Positions 12,185-25,879 of a DNA stretch of 64,000 bases are shown piece by piece. This stretch comes from Prorocentrum cordatum (Eukaryota). How positions within the stretch are numbered: position 1 is the first letter of the stretch; each line of letters begins with the position of its first letter. The stretch spans positions 1 to 64,000 of the forward strand of contig CAUYUJ010000114.1 in the NCBI GenBank assembly GCA_963575745.1, read 5' to 3'. The translations under genes were made by a program, and so were the position numbers. A model generated the notes under the pieces. The model saw nothing but the letters and a program-made list of their open reading frames with translations, had not been told where the DNA came from and searched no databases.

Positions 12185-13620
12185 GGGCCACGACAATTGT
12201 GAGGGGTGTACCGACATAAGTGCGGTGAGCGCATGCGAACGCAACCGCTGGGGCCTCCGGTGAAGCTCACTGTGGGGCCACGGAGAATACGAGAGGTGGG
12301 CGCATGCGAACGCAGCCACTGGGGCATTCGGTGGAGCTCCGCGTTGGGCCACGAAACGTGTGAGAGGTGTGCCAAATTAGGTGCGGCGGGCGCATGCGAA
12401 CGCAGCCACTGGGACATTCGGTGGAGCTCCGTTTGGCGCCACGAAACGTGTGAGGGGTGTGCCGAAATGGGTGCGGTGGGCGCATGCGAACGCAAAATAG
12501 GGGCCTTCGGTGGAGCTCACAGTGGGGCCACGAAGCGTGAGCGGTGTGCCGTCATGGGTGCGGTGGGCGCATGGGAACGCAGCCAGTTGGGCCTTCGGGG
12601 GAGTTCCCGATGGGGGAAATGGGGCCACGACACGCGTGAGAGGTGTGCCGAGAGTGGTGCGGTGGGCGCATGCGAATGCAGCCACTGCGGCCTTCGGTGC
12701 AGCTCCCTACGGGGCCACGAATCGTGTGACGGGTGTGCCGAAATTGGTGCGGTGGGCGCGTGCGAGCGCAGCCATTGGATCCTTCGGTGGAGCTCCTTCT
12801 GGGGCCACGAAACGTATGACGGGTGTGACGACATGGCTGCGGCGGGCGGATGTGAACGCAGCCAGTTGGGCCTTCGGTGGAGCTCCTTATGGGGCCACAA
12901 AACGTGTGAGGGGTGTGCCGAAATGGTGCGGTGGGCGCATGCGAACGCAGCCCCCTTATGGGCCACGAGAAGTGTGAGGGATGTACACAATTGGGTGCGG
13001 TGGGCGCGTACGAACGCAGCCATTGGACCATGCGGTGGGACTCCCTAATTACGGGGCCGCGAAACGTGTGAGGGGTGTGCCGACATGGGTGCGGTGGGCG
13101 CATGCGAACGCAGCCAGTGGGGCCTTCGGTGGAGCTCCCTATGGGGCCACGAAGCCTGTCAGGGGAGTGCCGAATGTTGTACAGTTGGCGCATGCGAGCG
13201 CAGCCAGTTGGGCCTTCGGTGGAGATCCCTATGGGGCCACGAATCGTGTGACGGGTGTGCCAAATTGGGCGCGCTGGACGCATGCGAACGCAGCCATTTG
13301 GGCCTTCGGATGGGTTCCCTATGGGGACACGAAACGTGTGAGGGGAGTGCCGAAATGGGTGCGGTGGGCGCGTGCGAACGCAGCCATTGGGGCCTTCGGT
13401 GGAGCTCCTTATGGTGCCACAAAACGTGTGAGGGGTGTGCCGAAAAAGGAGCGGTGGGCGCATGCGCACGCAGCCATTGGAGCCGTCGGTGGAGCAGCCT
13501 ATGGGGCCTCGAAAAATACGAGGGGTGTGCCGAAATGGGTGCAGTGGGCGCATGCGAACGCAGCCACTCGGGCCTTCGGTGGAGCTCCATATGGGGCCAC
13601 GAAACGCGTGAGGGGTGTGA
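12185..13620 (+). repeat. 90-bp satellite (family A), about 16 copies
   Basis: Exact 90-bp period of atggggccac-like anchors at 13141, 13231, 13321, 13411, 13501 and 13591. Confidence 0.96.
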
Positions 13621-13624
13621 TAGC

Positions 13625-13721
13625 GATCATGATGACAATGATGGTGAAGATGACGTCGGTGACGATGGCGATGGCAATGATGATGACGATGACGATGATG
13701 GTGAAGATGACGTCGGTGATC

Positions 13722-13781
<60 letters not shown>

Positions 13782-13900
13782 GCGATTGCGATGACGACGT
13801 CGGTGATGATGATGATGACGATGATGATGATGCTGATGGTGGTGATGATGGTGATGATGGTGATGATGATGACGATGACGAAGATGCTGATCATCATGAT
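13625..13900. repeat. (GAT)n microsatellite
   Basis: Direct inspection. Confidence 0.95.
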
Positions 13901-14292
13901 GGGAGGAAGGAGGAGGAGGGGGAGGAAGGAAGGAGAACGCGGGGCGATGCGCGTTCAAAACGAGTACCCAGCACCACAGGATGGTTTGGAAGAACATTTC
14001 GGAGGATGTCTGTGGAGCGAACAGGGAGGAGGGAGGAAGTGCAGAGACGCGGGTGGCTCCAAGATAACGGAGGGGGGGGAAGAGACGGGGAAGGAACTGA
14101 CGTCGCTGGCAAGTCGCCCCCGCTGGAGAGAAATGTCCCCCCCTCCGCCGCCGCACGCAACGAGGACGGAAGAGAAAAAGGAGGAGGTAAGGGAAGAGGA
14201 AAGGGGGGAGGAGCAGGCCGTCGTCGCCGCCCCTCGTGGCGACGACGACGACCACCACCACGACGGACACCACGACAACCATGGACTCGACC

Positions 14293-14355
<63 letters not shown>

Positions 14356-14981
14356 ACCCAGAAATCTCGAAAGTTTCACAGGGGACAGACGCAGCCAGGA
14401 TCGGGGCAGAAGCAGATCGGGATAGATCGGGGATCTCTCAGATACGGCGGTTCTGGAGGATGTGGCGCCGCGGCCAGTCCAGAGCGGTCCAGGTCTCTCT
14501 GAGAACGTTCACGGACGCTCTAGATTGTAGGACGAGAACCGTGTCATGGCACGATTGGCTGAAATATCTAGCGGCCCCTTTATCTGCAGCCCGTGCAGGA
14601 CGTTTCGAAAGCTGGGAACGCCTGGAAACTTGGAACGTAGCACAATCATGACCTCTTGCTCCACTGACTTCTCCCATTCCTGTCGGCGGCGAGCGCCGGG
14701 GGGGTGAGAAGGAGAAGGCCTTCTCAGAAGGCGATGGGGCTTCTCAGCAGCCTTCTGGCCTTCTGAAGAGGCTTTCTGTGTCTGCTCTGCGCAGGTGTAG
14801 AACACTTCTCAGAGGGGCAAGGGGACTGCCGGGGCAAGGGAACTGCCGAGCCTTCTGAGAAGGCTCGCCCCCTCTGACTTCCCCCCCAACTCGCCGCCGA
14901 ATCTTGTTCCGCGGAGAGTTCTCCCATTCCTGGGCCTGCCCGACGGAGGGGAGGAGGAGGAGGAGGAAGAGGAGGAGGAGA

Positions 14982-15840
14982 ACCAATGTAAACCCACGAG
15001 TCATCAACGATGTTGGAATCTATCCTCCCTCCAAGCTCACTCTGCACAGGCCCCGACAACGATTCATTTCAACTGAGGGAACTGTTTCGTTGGAAGACGT
15101 CCGTTTGAAGACCCTGGAGCATGTCAGAACATATTCTCGGGACTCCAACGCCAAGGATCGACCTGACTGTTGCGTCTTGACGATACTGAATCGCGTCAGA
15201 ACGCCATTCCTGGGACTTCAGAACCGCGAAGCAACGAAACTGTTGCACCCTCACAATCCAAAATTTCTCCAAGGCATAATTTCTGGTAGGTTGGTCATGG
15301 GAATTCGTGAAACTCTTGCGAACGTTTGAAACGCATGCGCGCGGCGCTAAGGCGAGAGCCACATGTTGAAAAGGAACCGCCCTGAATCAACCCGTGAAAC
15401 TCTTGCAACTGTTTGAAACGAATATGAGCGGCGCTAAGGCAAGAGCCACATGTTGAAAACCACCCGCCCTCACTACGTGAAACTCTTGCAACTTGCTGAA
15501 ACGAATGCGCGCAGCGCTAAGGCGAGAGCCACAGTTTGAAAACGACCTGCCCTCAATATGTGAAACTTTTGCACATGTTTGAAACGAATGTGCGCGGCGC
15601 TGAAGCGAGATCCACATTTCAAAAACCACCCACCCTCAATCCGTGAAACTCTTGCGAACGTTTGAAACGAATGCGCGCGGCGCTGAGGCGAGAGCCACAT
15701 TTTGAAAATGGCCCGCCCGCCCTCCATGTGGAACTGCTGCCACCTTTTGAGGTTAAGGGTCATAAATGATGAGGAAGTCTCAGGCGAAACGCCCAACCCG
15801 CTCTAAAAACAGGCCTCGGGGTGCGACAGGGAAAACTCAG
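14982..15840 (-). mobile_element. Family X dispersed element with internal ~87-bp tandem repeats, between (GAG)n runs
   Basis: Both ends are reverse complements of the ends of 27070-27930 (ccctgtcgcaccccgaggcc... and ...ttccaacatcgktgatgac...). Confidence 0.8.
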
Positions 15841-16654
15841 TTGTACGGAAAAGGAATGGGGGAGGAGGAGGAGGAGGAGGAGGAGGAGGAGGAGGAGAAG
15901 GAGGAGAAGAGGAAGGAGGAGGAGGAGGAGGAGGAGGAGGGGGGGGGAGAGGGAGGAGAAGAAGGAGAAGGAGGAGGAGGAGGAGCAGATCCTCGCCTCG
16001 GGCTCCTGCCGGCGAGCCACGGGGCCCGCAGTCGCCCCCTCGGAGGCCGAGACCTCGGAGACCCTCGGCCGGTGGCCGACGGGGACCACTGCCACCGTCT
16101 CTTAGGGCCGCGACCACGCCCCGCACTCCGGGGCTGGACCTGAGCGTTGTTCTTCGTTGTGGTGTCGCTATTTTGTTCGTTTTGCTCTACCTGTTGTCCT
16201 GTACCTCCCTGCCAAAATGAAATATCAGTAAGCGTTGACTCCAGACAGAAAGGAGGACAGGAGGAGGACGAGAGGAGGATGCGAGGAGGACGAAAGAAGG
16301 GCGGGAGCAGGACGGGAGGAGGACGGGAGGAGCAAAATCAAGCAAGCGCATGCAAGCAATCGGAAGTAAGCAAGCGCACGCGAGCAATAACAAGCAAGCA
16401 AGAGCCAGCGATCAAGTGCAAGCAAGCAAGAGCAAGCAAGCGAGAGCAAGAACGCAAGAGCAAGCAGGCAAGTGCCATTGGAAAAAGAGGGAGCATTGGA
16501 AAAAGGGGGGGTCATTGGAAAAAGGGGGGTGCTAAAGACCAATTACTTATGATGAGCTAGGACTCCTACAGGGCAAGCCTATTTGGAGAAAACAAACCAC
16601 AGCCGAAGTCTAGCAAAACAGCGTTTAGGTCCAGCCCTGCCGCAAGACGGCCGC

Positions 16655-16696
16655 CTGCTCCCACGGCCCCGTGTGAGCTCCGCGGATCATCCTGTC
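16655..16696 (-). CDS. Internal exon of a nucleotide-sugar transporter gene (DRMIRGAHTGPWEQ)
   Basis: CCAG|G acceptor and AG|GC donor; phase 0 joins the preceding exon to give ...YTILQ-DRMIRG..., which fits the family pattern. Confidence 0.6.
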
Positions 16697-17776
16697 CTGG
16701 CGGCGGCTGTCGGAGCGCTGGGCTGACAGAGGGAGACGGTCGACGGGTCATCGGCCACAAAGGAAAGATAGAGAGGAGGACTGAAAGACGTTACGGTAGG
16801 TTCGTGTCGTGACGACCTGGGCGGATCGTTCAACCTTGAAGTATTGGCAGCTTTTCGATCGCAAGATGGTTCGGGGCCGCTGGCGGCGATCAACTTTGAA
16901 CGCCCGCGACGGGGTCGCCGCGGCGTCGAAACGACGCGAACCTGCCGTGCGCTACCTTTGGGGGGGGGGGCGTCAAAAAGGGTTGAAAGAAGAGGCGGGG
17001 GCCATGAATCCAGCTGGAGAGATTTCACGCCCTGGCCATGATATCCAAACACTTAGTCCTCACCCCCTTCTTGGTCGCCCCCGACAAGAAATTGCGTTAC
17101 CTTTGGGCGTAGAAGGTCCTTCACGGCCGGAAGCCACATGAGCAGCCACCAGCAGGTCTGCGGGACGCGCTGCACCTGAACTCTCGGAGCCTCGCGCCCT
17201 GCCTGGCCTGCCGCTGACCCCGAAACTGCCAGCCCCAGGGCTGGCGGCATCAGAGGAGCACGCCCCCGAGAGACCCCACGGCACCCCCTGAAACCGCCTC
17301 CCAGAAGCTTCCGAGGAGGCCTCCCAAGGGATCCCCACAGGCATCCAACGGGCCTCTGACCTACAACAACCCAGGCACGGTGGCGCGATGGGCAAAAGGT
17401 CTTAGCTGTCCGTCCACCAATGAGCATATGGCCATCACCGGTCTCCTGCAAGTCACAAACAGACTTCGACACATCGCCTGGTACCGTCCAGTACGCTTGC
17501 GTATATCACCCCTCTTGAACTAGACTTCCCTGGGATACGTTTAAGCGTTGTTCGGCATGCATAAAGGCAGGAGGTCGAATCGAACGAAAGACAAATCGAT
17601 TGGCATGCGAAGCTGGAAGCCCACGCGCTCCATCGTACCCTCCATCTACCATCGGTCCCCCTCCCGACTTGGAGACTTTCGCTTCCCACATTCCACCCAA
17701 CCTCCCGTTTCCCTTTTCTCCTTTCCCCCCATCCATACGTCCATACCTCCCCCATCTATCCGGATCGGATGAGGTC

Positions 17777-17864
17777 CTGCAATATCGTGTAGACAGGCTG
17801 CAGACGCTTCAGCACGTTGTACACAGGTATGCTGACGCGTTTCATGGCAAAGAAGCTCAGATAC
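17777..17864 (-). CDS. Internal exon of a nucleotide-sugar transporter (SLC35D/GONST-like): YLSFFAMKRVSIPVYNVLKRLQPVYTILQ
   Basis: Matches the family motif (a/s)l..l(s/n)iP(m/v)y.v(l/f)(k/r)rl.p; AG|G acceptor and AG|GA donor. Confidence 0.8.
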
Positions 17865-19933
17865 CTCTGCCACGACTGGAAGAGGGAAGGGGGGGGAGAG
17901 GGGGAGGGAGAGGGTGAGGGAGATGGGTATGGGCGATGCTACGGCGAGGGGAAGCCCTCTCCACCGTACATTGTTTCGCGCCACCGCGCCACTCCAAAGG
18001 AGGGAAAGGGGTACATTTAGCGGCGGCTCCCGTGTCAAATACGGCATATCCGATCTCACCACTGAAAACTATGTCGAACGTGAAAACTAGAAAACAAAAC
18101 ATCAAGAAAACGGAAAGGTGCTACCTTGGAAAATATGAAGATTTGAAGACAAAACATGTAAATGTGCAAAGAAAGAAAACTGACAGCTCCAAAGCTGGAA
18201 GCTGGAAAGAACATCGGAAAAACTGAACGCTAAAAACCTGCAAGCAGGACAGCTGGAGGCAGGACAACTTGAATGCCAGACAGTGGAAACCTGTGTATCT
18301 GTTAGGCGGTTGCGGATAAGCTGGAGAGTTGGACGGAAGGTTGCGCTGGAATGTGGCAGGCTGCAAATGCGAAATCTGGAAGGCTCGAAAAAAGAAGCTT
18401 GGTAGGCTGGGAAACGAGAAGGTGGAAATCGGAATGATAAAAACCAGAAACGATGAAAGCATGACAACTGGAAAACAAAAAATTTATAAAACTTGGAAAA
18501 CCAAATTCTTGAAAACTGCAATCGGGATTAAACGGAAAACGGGGCAACGGAAAACTGCAGACAAGAAATCTGGACAAATGAACAGAGGCAGTGTGGAAAG
18601 CTGGAAGCAGAATAGCTAGAGGTGAGGGCAATAAACCAAGAGCGCCGACAGCAGGACAGCCGAGAGCAGGCAGGCTGGAAAGCCGGCCAAGTGGACCGCC
18701 GACAAGCAGGACAACTGCAGAATGGACAGCGGAACCCGTGCAAGATGGACACCTGGACACTTGAAAGCTGGAACGATGATATATAGAAAACAAGACAACA
18801 GCGGCCTTCGGGCAGGACCGCGGCTGGCGCGCACGGAGGGCCCCCCCAAAGGCGGGCCCACCGAGCGCGCGCGGGCCGAACGGCGCCGCATAGGCGATGA
18901 CCATCACCACCTGGGCGCCAAAGACGGGCACCAACAGCGCGCAAGCTTGGGCGGAGAGGGGCGGAAAGAAGGCGGGGGCCGAGAAGCTACGAAGACTGGC
19001 AAGCGCAAGAGCCATGGGTACCAAGAGAAAGCATTATCCCGCCACGGCGCTGGCGAGCGGCCCTCGGGAGGGGCCGCGGCCGGCGCCCGCGAGGGGGCCC
19101 TGAGCGGGCGAGCCCGCCAAGCGCGCGCGGGCCGAACGGCGCCGATCAGGCGATGGCCATCGCCACGTAGACGCCGAAGACGCGCGTCAGCAGCCATGCC
19201 CTAGCCTGAAGCCCTTGCGCAGCGACAGGGCCCCGGGTGGGCGCGGCCGAAGGGCCAACTCCAAGGAAAGCGACAAGGCGGTCGCCAGCAGCGGCGTAGA
19301 ACGCAACGCACGCGCGAGCCGGGGCGGGGGAGGCGAGAGGACCGACGGGGCGACGGCGGCTTGAAGACAGCGCCGTGGCCCCGACGCACCCAGAGCGGAC
19401 GCCATCGCCAGCGCGGCCTCGCGGCGCCGGGCCGCTGGAAGCAAGGCCGAGGGGGGGCCCAACCTGAACAGCGCGAGCGAACGTGCGACGCAGTTCAAAG
19501 GGCACGCCGCGCCGCCCTATTTCCACCGGAGGGAGGCCCCCGCGGTCGCAGCGGCCGCGGCGCGGCGACTTTGGGGGGCGCACCCCCAGCCCAATCCCTC
19601 CGACGGTGCCTCGCGACAGGGAATCGAGGACCTCTCCGCCCTTGAGGCGCTCATCGGGGACGACGGCGCTCACAGCGAGCAGCGCGTCGGGGCCGCCCAC
19701 GGGGCGCGCGCCGCGAGTCCGGAACGAGCGACGGCAGCCCCAGCGCGCGCGGTAGACGCAAGGCACGTCTGACGAGCCCGCTGCCTCGCCAGGCCCCAGG
19801 AGACGCCCAAAGAGGCCTCTAGCGACGCCCTGAGAGCCCCAGCAAGAGGCCGGACAGTAAGTATGGTTGCGTATGTGTTGTTTTAGATGCTTTCTGGCCA
19901 ACGATCGTCTCAAAAAGCTTCAGATACTCCCAA

Positions 19934-21290
19934 AGTCCCACCAGCCCTTTGGGCGTGAGTGGTTTAGCGAGCTCTCTCTGTTCTCAACCCCCCTTCTTCC
20001 CCTTCGGGGAGGGGTTTACCCCTCCCCCTACCCCCTCCCCCTGGGCCTGGAGAGGTCCCTCCGCGGGTCGTTGGAGGGGTAATTTTCGACTCCTGGGAGG
20101 GCTAAAAAACAACACCCCTCACGAGGATTCTGGCCCCGACCGGGGGGGGGGAGAAAAAATGCTCCCCTCTTCTTTGGAGCCAAAATCATTAATTTTACTA
20201 CGGTTTTGGCCCCATTTTGGCCTTCTGAGGGGGCAGCGCTAATTAAAGCTCACCTCTTCTTTCAAGCCAAAATCACTGATTTTACGAAGGTTTTGGCCCC
20301 ATTTTGCCCTTCTGAGGGGGCAGCGCTAATTAAAGCTCCCCTCTTCTTTGATCGATTTCCTCCACGATGGCCCCAAGAAGCGCCCAGGAGGCACCAAGAG
20401 GCCCCAAGATGGCCCCAAGAGGCCCCCAGGAGGCCCCCAAGAGGCCTTCCAAGAAGCCCCCAAGATGCCCCCAAGAGGCCCCCAAGAGGCCCCAAGAGGC
20501 TCCCCCGAGGCACCCAAGACGCTCCTGGAAGCCCCTGGGCCGCCAAGAGGCCCCCAAGACGCCCCAAACGGCCTCCAAGAGGCTCCCAAGAGGCCCGAAG
20601 AGGCTCCCCCAAGGCACCCAAGACGCTCCTAGAAGCCCCTGGGGCCGCCAAGAGGCCCCCAAGACGCCCCAAAAGGGGACGAGGCCCCCGAACGACTCAC
20701 ACCAGGACGAGGGGCCCGAACGACTCACACCACGAAGAGCCCGAACGACTCACACCAGAAGGAGGGGCCCGAACGACTCACACCAGGACGAGGCGCCCGA
20801 ACGACTCACACCACGAGGAGCCCGAACGACTCACACCACGACGAGGGCCCCGAACGACTCACACCACGAGGAGCCCGAACGAGTCACACCAGGAGGAGGG
20901 GCCCGAACGACTCACACCAGGACGAGGGGCCCGAACAACTCACACCACGAGAAGCCCGAACGACTCACACCAGGACGAAGAGCCCGAACGACTCACACCA
21001 CGAAGAGCCCGAACGACTCACACCAGGAAGAAGGGCCCGAACGACTCACACCAGGACGAGAAACCCCAAACGACTCAAACCACGAGGAGCGCTTTCTCTC
21101 CCTCCTCCTCCGCCTCGTCCTTCTCCCGCTCCCACCACAAGGAGGATGTACAAGGAGGCGGGAGGAAGGAGGAACAGGGGAGATATGCGGGGGCAGGCGG
21201 AAACACGCCTGGAAAACACGACTGTCGGCATGCTTCGCAAGAGTGGCTGTTTTGAGATGGGCTGGTGGGGATACGCGAAGCGTGAAGAAT
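19934..21290 (+). mobile_element. Non-autonomous subTIR+hairpin element (HINE/DINE-like), copy A, carrying GGCCCCAAGA repeats and a 25/28-bp array
   Basis: CCCACCAGCCC at 19937-19947 is inverted at 21259-21269; hairpin ACGC-GAA-GCGT at 21273-21283; both end blocks recur at 47287 and 52065. Confidence 0.7.
20687..21090 (+). repeat. Minisatellite with 19-bp core GCCCGAACGACTCACACCA and 6/9-bp linkers, 15 units
   Basis: Direct inspection; long-short-long-long-short periodicity. Confidence 0.95.
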
Positions 21291-21711
21291 TGATCCCAAG
21301 CGGGTACTCGAGACGGCCCCAAGACGGCCCCAAAACAATCTCAGACGGCCCCAAGACGGCGCAGTCGAGCTTTCTTGAGAGCCTGGCAGAGACGTGGCGC
21401 CTACGATGCCCCGAGGCTCCCAACAGGCTCCAAGAGGGCCCCAGAGAGAGCCTGATGGATCTCATCCCAAATCTCTTGGGCATCTTAAAATCGCTTTGTG
21501 GGCTGTCTTGGAATGCACCTTGATGGGAGAGCCCAGGGAACAGATCACGGGGAGGAGAAGCCGCCAGGGGGGGCCGACGGCGAATGAAACGAAAACAATG
21601 CAAGTAAGGTGCTCCGAGTTCTAGAAACAGCTGTGCAAGACAACTGGGTAATCCTTCTTTTCCCATCTGTCCTGTCCCGCAGATGCTGCGGCCCGAGACT
21701 AAGCTTCGCAC

Positions 21712-21784
21712 ATGTTAGCCGCCTTTGCCAACGTCACGAGCGGGAGGTTCTTCATGACTGGGACGCTCAAGGGCCGGTATTTCC
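21712..21784 (-). CDS. Internal exon of the nucleotide-sugar transporter (KYRPLSVPVMKNLPLVTLAKAAN+M)
   Basis: TCAG|G acceptor and GT donor; its terminal AT plus the leading G of exon 17864 restores ATG (AANM-YLSFF). Confidence 0.75.
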
Positions 21785-24329
21785 CTGATACCGCAACCAA
21801 CACATTGGAAACTTGCTCCCTCGTCATCACCGTCCCCATCCTCATCCTGCACCGTCCTTCCCAGTATGCCCGAACTGCGCACGAAAAAAACTGGGCACGA
21901 TGCCCAACAGCAAGTATTGTCCAAATTCGCCGAGTTCGTGGGGTCTGCTCGGCGTGTGAGACTCATGCCCTTCCCCAAACCTACTCTCCCAGGGGCCCGG
22001 TCTGGCCGACGTGGACTGGGGGTCTGGCCATAAGGTGTGGCGGCCCCAGCTGCTCTGGAAACCCTCCTGGGGGACCTCCGACGCCCTCGACAAGGCCCAG
22101 AGAGGCCCCAAGCCGACTCGCAAAAGCTCCCATGTAGGCCCAAATGGCACTCAGGCGCCCCAATTTCGGCTTCAAGGCAGCCCGCCACGCCTCTAGGACG
22201 CCCCCAGCAAGCTTCAAGAGGACACCCAACAGGGCCCCTACGAGCAAAAGCGTCCCACTGAGGAAAGACATGACTCACTGCCTGGAGCTCCTCACATGTG
22301 CATCTATTAGCATGGACCTGTCCGCCTTTAGTGTCTCGGCGCAAGCTCTTTCGAATAGAAGCGGGTTTGAATATTGACGGTCTGGGAGTGAATCTAATTG
22401 TGACTGAATTGGGGTGTGAATGAGTCTCAGTAGGGTTAGTGCGTCTCTGCGCTTGAGCCTTGGGCCTCCTGGGGCCTCTTGAAATCTCCTGGGGGTTCCT
22501 GGGGTCTCCTGGAGCCTCCCAGGGCCTCCATTTACTCCTGGGGGCTCCTGGGGCCTCGCGTGGCCTCATAGGGGCCTCCAGGAGCCTCCTGGATCCTCAT
22601 AGGGGTCTCTTGGGGAGGATTCGTGCCCCAAGAGAGGCCCAATCTATAGGAACAGACGTGGGACACTCCGGATTGAAGCCACAGGAGAGGCCCAATCTAT
22701 AGGAACACGGATTAAACACTAAGGACTCGTGCCCCAGGGGAGGCCCAATCTATAGGAACCTATGTAAGAGAGAACGCGTTTCACGGGCGATTGCCTGGGG
22801 AACATTCGGCGGCGCGTTTCGAACTGGGGGTGGGCCCCTCCCCAAGACTCGGCGCCGTCGATCAAAACCAGGGGGATCCCCTCCCCCCCAAACCCCCCCC
22901 TCTCCCGACCGCCCCCCCCTCCCAAGAGGGGGGGGGCTTCAAACCCCCCCACCACCACCCACCCCATCGGCGCCGGCGCCGGCGCTGGCGGCTGCCAGCA
23001 GCGCCCACGGCGGGGACGCAGCGACGATGACCAGAGGCAGCCCAGGGGAGGGGGGTCAATTCAAACCCCCCCCCTTCCCAAGGAGGGAGAGGGTCCCCCC
23101 CCCGTCGGCGCCGGCGCCGGCGCTGGCGGCCGCCACAAGCGCCCACGGCGGTGACGCAGCGACGATGACCAGAGGCAGCCCATGGGGGGGGGTTCAAGAC
23201 CCCCCAACCCGTGGCGACGGGGGGGAGTTTCAAGCCCCCCCCATCCCCCCCTCGCGCCGACGCCGGCGCTGGCGGCGGGCAGCAGCGCCAGCGCTGGCGC
23301 CGGCGACGGCGGCGACGCAGCGACACTTACCACCACTACCACCACCACCACCACTACCACCACCACCACCAACAGCACCACACAACCACCACCACCACCA
23401 CCACCACCACAGCCACCACCACCACCACAACCACCACCACAACTCACCATCACCACCACCACTACCACCACCACCACCACAATCTACCACACCACCACCA
23501 CCGCCGCCACAACCACCACCACTACCAGCAGCACAACCCACCTCCACCACTACCACAAACCACCACCACCACCACCACCACTACCACCGCAAACCGCCGT
23601 CGTCCTCGTCGACGCTCCCCGCCACCGCCGCCCGCCGCCGCAGGCGCTGGCGCCGGCCCAGAGATGGAAATCGTCGTCCCCGCCGCCGTCGCCAGCCGCC
23701 GCCGACACAAGCGCCCGCCCGAGGAGAGGGGACGCAGAGGAGGGAGGGGGGGGTGGGGGGTTCGAACCCCCCGTCCCTGTCAAGGGGGGAGGGGGTTCGA
23801 ACCCCCCCCCCTCCTCCATTCAAGGTGGGGGGTCCCGTTTCACCCCCCCCCACTCCAAGCGACCAAAGAACGCGTTCTTTCCGATGTAAAACACAGGAAT
23901 GGATACACAGGAGAAGAACACTTTATAGAAACATACGTAAACAAGAAGGATTCGCACTCCAGGGGAGACCCAATCTATAGAAACATATGTATAACGCCAG
24001 GGATTGGAGCCACTCCTGTGGCCTTCTGAGGCCTCCTGCTCCTGGGGCCTCGTGGGGGCTCCTGGGGCCTTCCGGGGCCTCCTGGTGCCTCCTGGCGTTT
24101 CCTTTGGCCTCCTGTGGCCTCCTGTGGCCTCCTCGGGCCTCCCGGCGATTCCTGTGACTTTCTAAAGCCTCTTGGGACCTCCTGGAGCCACCTGTGGCCT
24201 CCTGGGGTCTCCTGTGGCCTCCTGGTGTCTCCTGGGACTTCATGTGGCCTCCTGTGGCCTCCTGGAGCCTGCTGAAGCTTCCTGTGGCATCCTGAGGATC
24301 CACGCCCACGAGTCTGGCCAGCAAAATAA

Positions 24330-24710
24330 GCAAACCGTTCGAGACATCCTCGCAATCTGGGCCGCCAGGGGTGCGATAACCAGCGCCTCGCTCGAGATAT
24401 CCTCCAAATCTGCTTCGAAAGCGGAGGATGTTGGGGGCACAAAAAGGCGAAACGGTCGAGAAATCCAAACAATTTTGGCGCGAACGGAGGAATGAGATAC
24501 CCCCTGGCGGCTCCCCCTTGGGGGCGCCTCGCTCGAGACATCCTCGAAATCTGCTCCGAAAGCGGAGGATGTTGGAGGCACAAACAAGCAAACCGCGCGA
24601 GATATCCCTGCATTTTGGCGCAAACGGAGGAGTGAGATACCCCATGGCGGCTCCCCCTTGGGGGTGCTGAAACCCGCGCATCGCTCGAGACATCCTCAGA
24701 ATCTGCTCCG
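24330..24710. repeat. Short tandem repeat containing CTCGAGACATCCTC...AATCTGCTCCGAAAGCGGAGGATGTTGG, 2-3 copies
   Basis: Motif recurs at about 24391, 24532 and 24684. Confidence 0.75.
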
Positions 24711-24711
24711 C

Positions 24712-25380
<669 letters not shown>

Positions 25381-25879
25381 AGTATCACATACCATAGAGT
25401 AACATACCATGAGTGAGGTGTTGGTGTGACTGTCCTGCCAGCGCGGTGAAAGTAATAATAGTAACCCCATCTTAGGCTATGGACAATACTTCCCAACCTT
25501 CCCATGTGCTGCGTCCTCGTTTTAGATCCGCAGCACCGCGCGTCTCCCCCCTCCTCCTCCCTCCTCTTCCTCATCCTCCTCCTCCTCCTCCTCCTACTCC
25601 TCCTCCTCTTTCCTCCTCCTCCTCCTCCTCCTCCTCTTCCTGAGGCCGCGCGTCTAACGCGCGCCGCGAGCACTTTGAATGAGAGCCCGCAGACACCTCC
25701 GCCGTCAAACAAAGAGGCCCCCCAGGGGTGGCCAGCTGTTCAAGACAGCGGCTACTTCCAAGGGGGGAGGGATGTGCCAGCTAGGGCCTATCGAATCCGT
25801 CACACGGGAACTCCACGGGAGCCAGGACGACCACCTCCTCCTCCTCCTCCTCCTCCTCCTCCATTCATTTGCCTTCTAA

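Noticed and set aside
10477..14651. Long ORFs of 280-576 aa on both strands
   Set aside because: Translations of the 76/90-bp satellites and microsatellites, open in many frames at once.
20687..21090. CRISPR-like look of the constant 19-bp core with variable linkers (also 51031-51643)
   Set aside because: Linkers are only 6-9 nt and mutually similar, there are no cas genes, and the context is eukaryotic; it is a minisatellite.
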